Source of the DNA: Cetorhinus maximus | Taxonomy: Eukaryota | NCBI RefSeq assembly: GCF_964194155.1 | Contig: NC_135888.1 | Coordinates: 23,064,001 to 23,128,000, forward strand | DNA: 64,000 bases | Direction: 5' to 3' | In this document: in pieces, positions 52,653 to 64,000 of the stretch | Position numbering within the stretch: the stretch's first letter is position 1 | Layout: each line of letters starts with the position of its first letter | Notes under the pieces: generated by a model | Databases searched by the model: none | Told to the model about the DNA's origin: nothing | The model's input: only the letters and a program-made list of their open reading frames with translations | Program-made: the position numbers and the translations under genes

Positions 52653-54255
52653 ATTGATGCAGGAGTCATTGAGAGAATCATGTGAAATTTTTATTGCATT
52701 TCTCTTCTGTTAATGGTGTTGGACAGACGATAGGACCTGATGTTGATGGAGTGCTGTGAGATCAGTATGGAGAAAAGAAGCTATGCTTTAACAACTGCAA
52801 CCATGCAACAGTCATCCTTGGTTAATCAAGGGGGCTTTTCCACTGCAGCAGGAAGATTTTGATGCAATGCTACATTTGTAGTTTAAATGCTGCATGAATC
52901 CAGGATTAGGGACTGACCTGATACCAGAAAGAAATTGGTGGATGGAGTCTCACTCTGCTTTGCTTCAAACTCAGTTCAGGTTTATTAGTGGATTTATACA
53001 TGCACAGTTTAGCATTGATAACGGGACACAGTATTGGTGCTAAATATAAATGCAACTGAAAAGGCACTTAAAAACATAGCTTTAAAAAGCCACAAAGGTT
53101 ATACATTTAACAGTGCGATGTTTGTGAGCATTGAAGTAAAATGCAAAATAAAAACTAGACATCTCAAAGAAATACAGGCTGTGCTGGTAATGCAAGTAGA
53201 TTCAGTCTCTTTATGGAGACAACAGACACGTTAATGATTGAGGTATAACACTTAATCTGAACTGGTAAAAATGAACAGCATTTAAATAGGAACAAAACAG
53301 GGAAGGGGGAAACGCACACAAACACATGAACGGTAGAATGTCCATTATTACTCTTTTCACTTCCCTTTATGTTTCGATTTTAGATGCTGTTCGTTTCTCA
53401 GTTCTGTTGAAGGGTTACACCTGTATCTGGGCCAGCATTTATTCCTAAGCCAACAACAAAACTAAGGACAGAATATCCTGGTCATTTTCACATTGGTGTT
53501 TGTGGGAGCTTGTGTGTAAACTGGCTATCGCATTTCCTTTACTACAACAATAACTATGTTTCAAAAGTACTTCATTGGCTGTAAAGTGCTTTGGAATATC
53601 CCTGAAGACCTGAAAGATGCAATGTAAATCTCTCTCTCTCTCCCCGCTCTCTTGCCCCTCTCTTTCTCTCCCTCCCCCCGCCCCCTCCAACCCTGAGGTT
53701 AGTTGGAGGAAAATTACTGAGGAAGCTGCTTGTAAATTCTAGCTGTCACACTCAGGGAGAGGCAAGGTTATCAAGCTAAGAAAAGCCAGCAGGAAATGAA
53801 ATATCTTGACATTTGGATCTGTAACAAAGTTTGATAGATCAGGTGCTGGATGCAAGGCTGGTTAATTTCTGTTTTATCTGAGTGAGAGTGAATTGATGAG
53901 TTGTATGGAAGGTAAAGTTCTTCAAATTAATAATTTTAATAGATTTATTATGTTTACCCCAACCTGCCTTTCTCCTGTGCTTCCCCCTCTCCCTGTATAT
54001 AACTATTTTGGTTTTTGCTGAAGTTGTGTCCTCTTCGCTTCTCTGTGGCAAGTAGAAATGAGTTCCTGTTTGAAGGGAAAAACGGGTACATCAGAATCTA
54101 ACAGGGCGTATTTGAGACCATTTTTTTCTCCTAAATGTACCTTTGTCACAGGAGTGGGTGAAAAGGAATTTCTTCAAACAAACCTTGGCGAGGTCTTAAT
54201 GGTTAGAGGGGATCCATGGCTACATGTGTGTAGCTGGATGGTGTATGTAATATTT

Positions 54256-54261
54256 AATAAA
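54256..54261 (+). terminator. Candidate PTGES2 polyadenylation signal
   Basis: AATAAA with upstream TGTA motifs and a U-rich downstream tract, about 1.6 kb after the stop codon. Confidence 0.45.
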
Positions 54262-54529
54262 AAGTATTACGAATTTTACTCTGTTCTATTTGATTAACTG
54301 TAACTAGATTATTGATGGATTGTAGAAGGCAAAAATAATGATAATAATAATGGTAAGCACTGTATTACAGAACCACAAAGGTTCTTGGTCTTATCCTGAC
54401 TACCTGATCTTTAACAGGAGTGCAACAATTGGGCCCAGGAGGGACAACCCCCTCCTGAACCATGTTGAAATGTGGACACAAAGTGAAATCAGATGAGGCT
54501 TGGCTTGGGTGCCTACATAATTAAATAGT

Positions 54530-54972
54530 GTCAGTTGTGCCTCAGGGTACTCTTGCCTCTGACTTTGAAGGATGTGGGTTCAAGTCCCATTCCAGACACT
54601 TGAGCTCAAAAATTTAAGCTGATACACTGGTTCTGTACTCTGGGAGTGCCGCACTGTTGGAGGTGCCGTCCTTCAGATGAGACATTAAACTGAGGCCTTA
54701 CCTGCATTCTCAGGGTGTAAAAGATCATACACCCTCTTCAAAGAACAGTGAAGGAGTTATTCCTGGTGTTCTGGGCCAATATTTATCCTTCAATCAACGT
54801 CACTTAAAAAATTATTTGGTCATCCTCACATTGCTGTTTGTAGGAGCTTGTTGTGTGCAAACCAGCTGTCACTTTTCCTACATTGCAACAGTGCTTAGAC
54901 TTCAGTACTATTTGGTGTGAAGCAGTTTGAGACATCCTGAGGTCATGAAGGTGCAACATAAATGCAAGTTTT
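54530..54972 (+). mobile_element. Deu-type SINE, near full length
   Basis: B-box-like gggttcaagtccc; body and tail shared with 44030-44452. Confidence 0.72.
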
Positions 54973-56065
54973 TAATTTATTTAAACAATGACCATTTGGA
55001 GAAGCAAACTGAAGACTGCCCACACTCATGGAACCATCTTGAATGATGTATAATTGCTCCACAATGATGTTGAAATAATTATGATATTAGTAGAAGTAAC
55101 AATCAACACAGCCTGTCACTGGTGGACAGCAAAGAACAAAGCAAATACAATGATATAGCTACCACAGTAGAGTACAAAGTAAGAACAAATACTAGTAGCA
55201 GTTACACAAAATAGTGTGCCTGTCAGGCTACACATCTTGAATAATGTGTCCAATTCTTGTGTTTGGGATACAAGGAGGACATTTAAGATGCAGAAGGAGT
55301 GCACAAATGGGCCACGAGACTCATTCCTAGGACTAGATTATGAGGAAAGACTAGAGAAATTTGAGATTTTCAGCCCTGAATGGAGGTGACCATTTAGAGA
55401 TATAAGCCTTTCAACCCTTTGATATCTCTACACTGTCCATTTCTGACCTTTTGCATATCCACCTTTGGCAGTCATGTCTTCTGCTGTCTATACCCTAAGC
55501 TCTGAATTCCCTCTCTAAAACTCTCCACCTCTCTACCACTCCATCCTTTAATATGTTAATCAAAATCTACCTCTTTTGATCATGTTCCCTGGGATGAGGG
55601 AGTTATCTTATAAGGAAAGGTTGGGCCTGTATCCATTGGAGTTTAGAAGAATGAGAAGTGATCTTATTAAAACATATAAGATCCTGAGCGCACTTGACAG
55701 TGTGGATGCAGAGAGGATGTTTCCCTGCGTGGGAGAGACTGGAACTAGGACAAACAGTTTATAAATAAGGGGTCTCCGATTTAAGACACAGATGAGAATT
55801 TTTTTCTCTGAGGATTGTGAGATGTGGATAACTCTTACCCAGAAAGTGGTAGAGCCAGGATCATTGAATATTTTTAAGGCAGAGGTAGATTGACTCCTCA
55901 GTTAATCAAGAATCGAAGTGCAGGCAGGAAAGTGACGTTGAGGTCACAGTAGTTCAGGCATGATCTTATGGAATGGTGGAGCAGGCTCGATGGGCCAAAT
56001 GGCCTGCTCCTGTTCCTAATTCGTATGTATGTACGTTTTAGGTCACCTATCTTAATATTTCCTTG

Positions 56066-56251
56066 ACAAAAACAAAACTACATGGAAAAACTCAGCAGGT
56101 CTGGCAGCATCTGCGGAGAGGAGCACAGTTAACGCTTCGAGTCTGAATGACCCTTCAGGGGTCCTCTCTGCAGATGCTGCCAGACCAGCTGAGTTTTTCC
56201 AGGTATTTTTGCTTTTGTTTTGGATTTCCAGCATCCGCAGTTTTTTGCTTT
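56066..56251. mobile_element. Fold-back Penelope terminal mini-insertion
   Basis: 18-bp TSD tatcttaatatttccttg at 56048-56065 and 56252-56269. An inverted copy is followed by a direct copy of the 3' repeat. Confidence 0.85.
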
Positions 56252-56420
56252 TATCTTAATATTTCCTTGTGTGGTCTGGTGTCAAATTTTGTCTGATAAT
56301 GCTCCTGTGAAGTGCTTGGGGTGTTTTACTACCATAAAGGCGCACACAAATGTAATTTGTTATTGATAGGAAAAAGATCCAGAACAGTACCCCAAATTAA
56401 ACCACCATAGTAGGGCAAAC

Positions 56421-56556
56421 CCTGCTCCGAAGAAGGATCATACGGACTCGAAAGTCGACTGTTTTTCTCTTTCCACAGATGCTGTCAAGACTACTGAGTT
56501 TTTCCAGCATTTTCTGTTTTTGTTTCAGATTTCCAGTATCACAGTATTTTGCTTTT
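56421..56556 (+). mobile_element. Penelope terminal mini-insertion
   Basis: 14-bp TSD atagtagggcaaac at 56407-56420 and 56557-56570; degenerate hammerhead core at its 5' end. Confidence 0.82.
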
Positions 56557-56734
56557 ATAGTAGGGCAAACGTTCATATTAGTAAAATGCAAAATTAGTAT
56601 TGAGGTCAGGTACTTCAAAGAGTCGTTTTAAGTACACAGCAATATTCTAATAAATCTCTGTACCCTCAAGTGGTGGCCAGAACTGTACACAGTAATCAAG
56701 TTGTTAATCTAACTGGTGTTTTATACTGGTGTTT

Positions 56735-57559
56735 CTCCTCACCGTCCAAGGGTCCAAACACTCATTTCAAGTGAAGCAGCATTTCACTTGCACTTCCCTC
56801 AACTTAGTCTACTGCATTCGTTGCTCCCAATGCAGTTTCCTCTACATTGGAGAGACCAAACGCAGACTGGGTGACCGCTTTGCAGAACACCTTCGGTCTG
56901 TCCGCAAGCATTACCCAGACCTCCCTGTCGCTTGCCATTTCACACTCCACCCTGCTCTCATACCCACATGTCCGTCCTTGGCTTGCTGCATTGTTCCAGT
57001 GAAGCTCAACGCAAACTGGAGGAACAGCATCTCATCTTCCGACTAGGCACTTTACAGCCTTCCGGACTGAATATTGAGTTCAACAATTTTAGATCATGAA
57101 CTCTCTCCTCCATCCCCACACCCTTTCTGATTTTCCCAATAATTTATATAGATTTTTCTTTTCCCACCTATTTCCATTATTTTTAAATGTATTTCCATCC
57201 ATTGTTTTATCTCTACCTTTTAGCCTTTTTCGATTCCTTCACCCCACCCCACCCCCACTAAGGTTATCTGTACCTTGCTCGTCCTGCTTTCTACCCTTAA
57301 TTAGCACATTCCTTAGATGATATCACCACCTTCAACACCTCTTTTTCCTTTTGTCTGTGACATCTTTTGGTTATCTCCACCTATCACTGGTCCTCTATCC
57401 AGCTCTTCTTGACCCCCCCCCCAAACCAGCTTATATTTCACCCCTTTTCTATTTTTCCTTAGTTCTGTTGAAGAATCATGCAGACTCGAAACATTAACTG
57501 TGCTCCTCTCCACAGTTGCTGCCAGACCTGCTGAGTTTTTCCAGGTATTTTTGTTTTGG
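56735..57559 (+). mobile_element. 5'-truncated Penelope-like element (GIY-YIG portion + 3' repeat)
   Basis: LVYCIRCSQCSFLYIGETKRRLGDRFAEHL; 3' region nearly identical to 39255-40090. Confidence 0.9.
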
Positions 57560-57599
57560 TGCTATCAGTGCTGTTGTGTTTCTGGGATTCGGAGAAGGC

Positions 57600-57870
57600 C
57601 CAGCCAGCAAGGATTTGATGTGGTTGCTATGGTAACCCAGCAGCTCCCGCAAACCGGAAGGGAAGCTAACGGTTGACAATCGGAGGAGGGGGCGGGCTTG
57701 GGAGGGTCACAGCGAAACAGCCAATCGGAGTCGCGGAAAATCCGTTGAAAGTATTCGAATGCGCCAATGGGAAGCGGAGATAGCGCGTCCGGAAGTGACG
57801 TCGGGCGCCGCCGCAAGCTCAAAGCAACCGCTTCAAGTGGCTGCTGGCAACAGGCGTTTCGCATGGTAAG
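57600..57870 (+). promoter_or_regulatory. CpG-rich Pol II promoter and first exon of an unidentified gene
   Basis: X-box GTTGCTATGGTAAC 57623-57636; ETS CCGGAAG 57654-57660; GC box about 57689-57696; CCAAT at 57721 and 57764; CCGGAAGTGACGTC 57789-57802; ATG 57863-57865 followed directly by the donor GTAAG. Confidence 0.8.
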
Positions 57871-59299
57871 GAGCCGGGACTGGAACCTCTCATCTGGTTA
57901 AAGAGCAGCGATAGGGTTGGGTTCAGCAGAGGAACGGGAAGAGCTACGGCATTTGTTGAAAGATGTCGCAAAAAAAGCGTTTCACAACTACTGGAAGTAG
58001 CAAAGGAAGGGGCGCAGTGACTTGTTATGTAGGGAAATCTGGCGGCCATTTTGTGCAGAGCAAGATCCCACAGCCAATGATATGAATGGCTAGTTATTTC
58101 TGTCTTGAGGTAGCTCTTGGGTTTTTCTTCTATTCTTTTATGGGATGTGGGTGTTGCTGGCAAGGCCATCCCTCATTGCTGTTGAACTGAGTAGCATGCC
58201 AAATCTTTTCATAGGGGAGTTGAGTGTGGTATGAATTTTTAAATTCATTCATGGGATGGGGGCATTGATAACTAGGCCAGTGTTTATTGCCCATCCTTAT
58301 TTGCCCTTGAGAACTGAGTGGCTTCCTAAGCCATTTCAGAGAGCATTTAAGAATCAACCAACCACATTGCTGTGGGTCTGAAGCCAGACCAGGTAAGGAT
58401 GGCAGATTTCCTTTCCTAAAGGATATTAGTGAACCAGATGGGTTTTTATGACAATTGACAATGGTTTCATGGTCATCATCAAACTTTAAATCCAGATTTT
58501 TTGTTTATTGAATTCAAATTTCATGAATCTTATGGGTCCTCAGAGCATTGCCCTAGCACTTTGACCAATGTCAATACCACTACACCGCTGCCTCTCCAAT
58601 GGTAATGTTGCTACACTAGTAATCCAGAGGTTCAGTCTAATACTTTGAGGACATGGCAGCTGGTGGAATTTAAGCTTAAGTAATAAATCTGGATTTGAAA
58701 GCTAGTCTCAGTAATGGTGACCTGTTCTTACCAGGTCTGGTCTACATGTGACTCCAGATAGCATTCCACAGCAGTAGCTGAATCTTTTACATCCACTGCA
58801 GCCAATGCCTGTAATGAAAAGGGGTGATGGGGATGAGATGGTGCATAATCTCATATCCACTTACCCCAACCCCATCATTTTGGAACTAGCCAATGTTAAT
58901 TTGGAGAACCTACCTTCACCTCATTTTGGTGCTCTGCCCCCAGGAACCTCTGTTGCCTGTCTCCCACATCCAGGTTCACTCACCTTCAGCCTGTTTGGTT
59001 CCTGGCTTGGATTTTGGACAAGGTATATCAGCATTTCCTTATTCCCAGCTTGGACCCCTCCCTGCCTACTCTGCTGAATCTTGACTCCAGCCCCCTTGCC
59101 CGTCCCCACTTCCACCCAGTTGACTAAACCCAGTTCTGCCACAAAAAGCAGGTGAGACCTCCAACACTATTTCCAAAGGATGGTACTCCTGACAGACTCC
59201 CTTCTGAACTGCACTAGAATGTTAGCTTAGAATATATGCTGTGGAGGGGAGTGTCGTGGACATTCCACATCAGGCTAAACAGGGTACTTCCCTGTGAGG

Positions 59300-61800
59300 T
59301 TTGAATTAACCTTAATATTAAGCATATTGGAACTCCTACATACATGAAGTTGGTTTTGAGTGTGCCTTATACAAAGATGGCTGTGTAAGTTGGAAACTAC
59401 AAAATGCCGAAAGGGCGTGAGATTTCCAGCAGGTATGAGTTTCCCTAGAGTGGCAGGGAGATGGGATCCTGAGCAGGGAGACATAAGAGAGGGAAACAAA
59501 GATAGAACTGAAAGGCAGAAAAGTAGAAAGCAAAAGTGGAAGGCAAAGGAAACCAGGGCTAGCAGCAAATAGGGCCATAGTACAATAATAAAAGTGTAAA
59601 AATGTTAAGACAAATCTAAAGCCATTGTACCTGACTGCACAGCATTCGCAATAAGGTAGACACATTAACAGCGCAAATGGATGTAAACTGATATATGATA
59701 TGATTACGATTATAGAGACAAGGCTGCAGGGTGACCAAGACTGGGAATATCCAAGAGTATTCGATATTTAGGAAGGACGGGCAAAAAAGAGAAGGTGGTG
59801 GGGTGGTGGTGTTAGTTAAGGATGAAATCAGTGCAGTGGTGAGACAGGCTATTGGCTCAGAAAATCTAGATATAGAATCAGTCTAGGTGGAGCTAAGAAG
59901 CAACAAGGGGAGGAAAACAGTAGTGGGAGTTAGTTTTAGGCCTCCAAGCAGGAGTGGTAAGGTAGGAGATGGCATTAAACAGTAAATTAGAGATGTGTGC
60001 AACAAGGGTGCTACAGTAATCATGGGTGACTTTAATCTGCATAAAGACTGGGCAAACCAAATTAACAACAACACTGTAGTGGATGAATTCCTGGCGTGCG
60101 TACAGATGTTTCTTTCAGACCATTTTGTCGAGGAACCAGCTAGGGAGCAGGCTATCTTAGATTTGGTGTTGTGGAATGAGCATGAGTTAATTAATAATTT
60201 TGTTGTGCAGGGCCCTTTAGGGAAGAGTGATCATATGAAGAATGAATTCTTCATTAGGATAGAAAGTGAAGTAGTCCAATCTGAAACTAGGGTCCTAAAT
60301 CTAAACAAAGGGAACTGCAAAGGTATGAGACATGAGTTGACTACAATAGATTGGGGAGCTTCATTAAAATGCATGACAGTGGCTAATATTTAAGGAATGA
60401 ATGCATGCATTGCAACAGTTATGCATTCCTTTCTGGCGCAAAAAAAAAACAGGTAAAGTGGCACAACCATGGCTAACGAAAGAATTTAAAGATTGTATTA
60501 GATCCAAAGAGGAGTCGTATAAAGCTGCTAGAAAAAGTAGCAAGACTGAGGATTGAGAGCAGTTTAGAATATAGCAAAGGAGGACTTGGAGATTGATTAA
60601 GAGGAGAAAAATAGAGTGTGAGAGTAAACTTGCAAGGAACATAAAAGCAGATTGTAAAAGCTTCCATAAGTATGTAAAAAGAAAAAGATTAGTGAAGACA
60701 AATGTAGGTTCCCTTATAGTCCGAAACAGGAGAATTTATAATCGAGAACAAGGAAATCGAAGAGCAATTAAGCAACTACTTTAGTTTTGCTTTCATGGAA
60801 GAAGACACAAATAACTTCCCAGAAATGCCAGGGAGCCAAGGGTCTAGTGAGATGAAGGAATTAAAGGAAATTAGAAACATAGAAAATAGGAGCAGGAGTA
60901 GGTCATTTGGCCCTTCGAGCCTGCTCTGCCGTTCAGTATGATCATGGCTGAAGCTCTATCTCAACGCCGCACTCCTGCGCTCCCCCCATATCCCTTGACG
61001 CGTTTAGAGTCCAGAAATCTATTTCTTCCTCAAATATGTACAGTGACTTAGCCTCCACAGTCTTCTGGGATAGAGAATTCCATAGGCTGTCCTTGTATAC
61101 TGGTCACTGAAAGCAAGCATGCAGGTGCAGCAAGCAGCTAGGAAGGCAGATGGTGTGTTGGCCTTCATTGCAAAAGGATTTGAGTATAGGAGCAAGGATG
61201 TCTTACTGCAGCTATACAAGGCCTTGGTGAAACCACACCTGGAGTATTGTGTCCAGTTTTGGTCATCTTACCTAAGAAAGGATATACTCGCCATAGAGGG
61301 AGTGCAGCAAAGGTTCACCAGACTGATTCCTGGGGTGGCAGGATTGTCGTATGAGGCGAGACTGGGCCAACTAGGCCTGTATTCACTGGGGTTTAGAAGA
61401 ATGAGAGGGGATCTCATTGAATCGTGTAAAAATTTGACAGGGCTGGACAGACTGGATGCAGGGATGATGTTTCCTCTGGCTGGGGGTGGGGGTGCAGCCT
61501 AGAACAAGGGGTTGCAGTCTGAAGATACAGGGTAGGCCATTCAGGACTGAGATGAGAAACTTCTTTACTCAGAGGATGGTGAACCTATGGAGTTCTGTAC
61601 CACAGAAGGCTGTGGTGGTCAAGTTACTGAGTATATTTAAGGAGGAAATGAGTTTCAAGACACTAAAGACATCAAGGGGTATGTATGGGGAGAGAGCAAG
61701 AATATGGCGTTGAGATAGAGGATCAGCCATGATTATATTGAATGGCGGAGCAGGCTCGAAGGGTCAAATGACCTACTTCTCCTACTTTCTATGTCTATGT
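59300..61800 (+). mobile_element. CR1-type LINE: AP-endonuclease region and 3' end, with an internal inverted CR1 tail
   Basis: VIMGDFNL, ILDLVL and GKSDH (endonuclease); LYKALVKPHLEYCVQFWS..VQQRFTRLIPG (post-RT). Inverted tail at about 60873-61083. Confidence 0.87.
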
Positions 61801-62689
61801 CCTAGATTCCAGCCAAGTAAAATTTTGATTTTAAAAATATGATATAAATTGTACTCTTCCAGGACTTTGTAAATTGTTTGCTTTGAATGAAATGTTTTGC
61901 TTTGGTACTATAGAGAAGGAAGGTTATTTCAGTATTTTATAAATAGATTTTAAAGTATTGATTGTGCATTAGTTGTAAAGCTGTATGTGTTTGAGAGAGA
62001 AAAAAGTTAAACTTACTTCATTTGGTGACAAGATGTTACAATTAACTTACCTGTGGCAGTAATGATAGTCACAGTAATGCTTGTCACATTATGATGATGA
62101 AACATTGCTTATAATATTTGAGATTGTGTTTTGGGGTTGAGAAATGGTTCCCACAATGTAAGACTATTTTGAACTGAACTGTAATGTATACCTTTGAGGT
62201 ATCAATTAGGATTAATTCATGATTGTAACTGCCTTGAATTAATGATATATTACTAATTTAGTGAGTATGGAAGTGAATTCCTGTGCGACAGATGATTTTG
62301 TGCAGCCGGACATCTGTCAGATTTTACAGTTAATGCGAGATGATCTAATTTTATATCAAATGGCTTCTGTAGTAATAAACAAACTGGCATCTGAGTAATA
62401 ACATCACTTGTTGCAATAAATCACTTTCCCTAATCATTGTTTCCCTGCAGTATGTATAACTATAAACTGTAAACTGTAAGACTATAATCCCTGGTGTCTT
62501 TTTCTTTACTGCTTGGCTTTTGTGTTTACTGTATTACTATGGTTATCATTTCACAAGGTGCTTGCTCAGTGCTTAAAGCCCAGTGTATACTTTAAACATA
62601 ATTTATGAAGTTTAGAACTTATTGCTGTTTTTTTCACTCTAAAATGGACTGGGTTAGAAATGTTTTATTTGGGAATAAAGCTAGCACAG

Positions 62690-63840
62690 TTTCTAAAAGG
62701 CATTCGATAGTGCCACACAAGGCAAGATAAGTGTGCAGGGATTTGGAGGTGATATATTAGTATGGATAGAGAGTTGGTTAACAGACAGGAAGCAGAGTGT
62801 GGGCATAAATGGGACATTTCCAAGTTGGCAGGTAGTGAATAGTGGAGTACCACAAGGGTCAGTGCTGGGGCCTCAGCTATTTACAATCTATATCAATGAC
62901 TTAGATGAAGAGACAGAGAGTAATGTATCTTAAGTTTGCTGATGATACCAAGGTAGGTGGAGAGCTAAGCTGGGGAGAATACAGAGGCTGCAAATATATA
63001 TAGGCAGGTTAAGTGAGTGGGCAAAAAGGTGGCAGATGGATTATAATGTAGGGAAGTGTAAAGTTGTTCACTTTGGTTGAAAGAATGGAAAAGCTGAGTA
63101 TTTTTCTGAAGGGTGGGAGGCTTGTGGATGTTGGTGTTTGGGGAGACTTGGGCGTGCTTGTGTAACGAACGCAAACAGTTAGCACACAGGTAAAGCAAGC
63201 AATTAGGAAGGCAAATGGCATGTTGGCCTTTATTGCAAGGAGATTAGAGTACAGGAATAAAAAAGTCTTGCTAGAATTGTACAGGGTTCTGGTGAGACTG
63301 CATCTGGATTACTATGTGCAGTTTAGATCTCCACGCTTTAAGAAAAAATATGCTTGCATTGGAAGCAGTACAATGAAGGTTCACTAAATTGGTGCCTGGG
63401 TTGAGGAGGTTTTCCTATGATAGGCTGAGCAAATTGGGTCTATTTTCTCTGGCGTTTAGAAGAATGAGAGATGATCTCATCTAAACATTCAAGATTCTGA
63501 AGAGGGTTGATAGCGTGGACGCTGAGAGGTTGTTTGTTTCTGCCGGTCCGGGAATCTAAAACACAGCAGCACAGTCTCAGGATAAGGGACCAGTTGTTTA
63601 GGGCTGAGTTGTGGAGAAAGTACTTCGCTCAAAGGGTTGTGAATATGGAATTCTCTGCCCCAGTGGGTTGTGGATGCTCCATTGTTAAATGCGTCTAAGG
63701 ATGGGGTAGACAGATTTTTCGTGTCGAAGGATATGGGGAACAGGCAGGAAAGTGGAATTGGAGCCCAAGATCAGTCATGATCATATTGAATGGCTGAGCA
63801 TACTGGACAGGCCTTATGGTTTGCTCTTCCTACTATTTTT
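62690..63840 (+). mobile_element. CR1-type LINE RT and 3' fragment
   Basis: [21 protein letters not shown] and KFADDTK (about 62932), followed by a CR1 3' UTR. Confidence 0.87.
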
Positions 63841-64000
63841 GTGTTTGTGGCATTTGGATCAAATCCTAGGAATTAAATGCACAACCTAGGCTAATATTTC
63901 AGAACAGTACTTGAGGGAGCGCTGCATTGTAAGAGATGCTGTCCTTTGGATGATGTGTTCAGTTATGGCCATCTATACTTGCTTTACTGGTTCAAATTGG

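Noticed and set aside
57863-57870. Naming the fourth gene (for example DPM2, RPL7A or RPL35, which I recall having ATG-only first exons)
   Set aside because: No second coding exon is recognisable in the window and there is no 5' TOP tract, so no symbol can be supported.
58041-58053. YY1 site GGCGGCCATTTTG in the first intron
   Set aside because: It lies within a Deu-type SINE fragment where similar sequence is part of the repeat, so there is no independent evidence of function.

Overview
This is eukaryotic, intron-rich vertebrate DNA. The repeat content (abundant Penelope-like elements, CR1, L2, Deu-type SINEs) suggests a cartilaginous fish; that organism call is an inference. Three spliced genes can be reconstructed with GT-AG junctions and consistent phases: the last six coding exons of CIZ1 (+, 4100-22624), the complete BBLN/C9orf16 CDS (-, 37699-36287, 84 aa) and the complete PTGES2 CDS (+, 41352-52652, 7 exons, 374 aa). 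Their order and orientation match human 9q34.11, without the intervening LCN2. A fourth, unidentified gene starts at a CpG-rich promoter (about 57600-57870) with an RFX X-box, CCAAT boxes, an ETS-CRE composite site and a first exon ending ATG|GTAAG. Most other sequence is transposon debris: Penelope-like RT/GIY-YIG elements, CR1, L2, RTE and Tx1 LINE fragments, a pogo-type DNA transposon and tRNA-derived SINEs. The most striking non-genic signal is the Penelope family. Its terminal repeat carries a minimal type I hammerhead ribozyme motif, and it occurs as long copies, as 100-220 bp TSD-flanked mini-insertions and as near-perfect fold-back palindromes, with two ribozyme variants. Hammerheads in Penelope-like elements are already known, so any novelty would lie in this family's structures. 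Most ORFs in the supplied track are spurious or TE fragments. TE boundaries are approximate unless a TSD is quoted.
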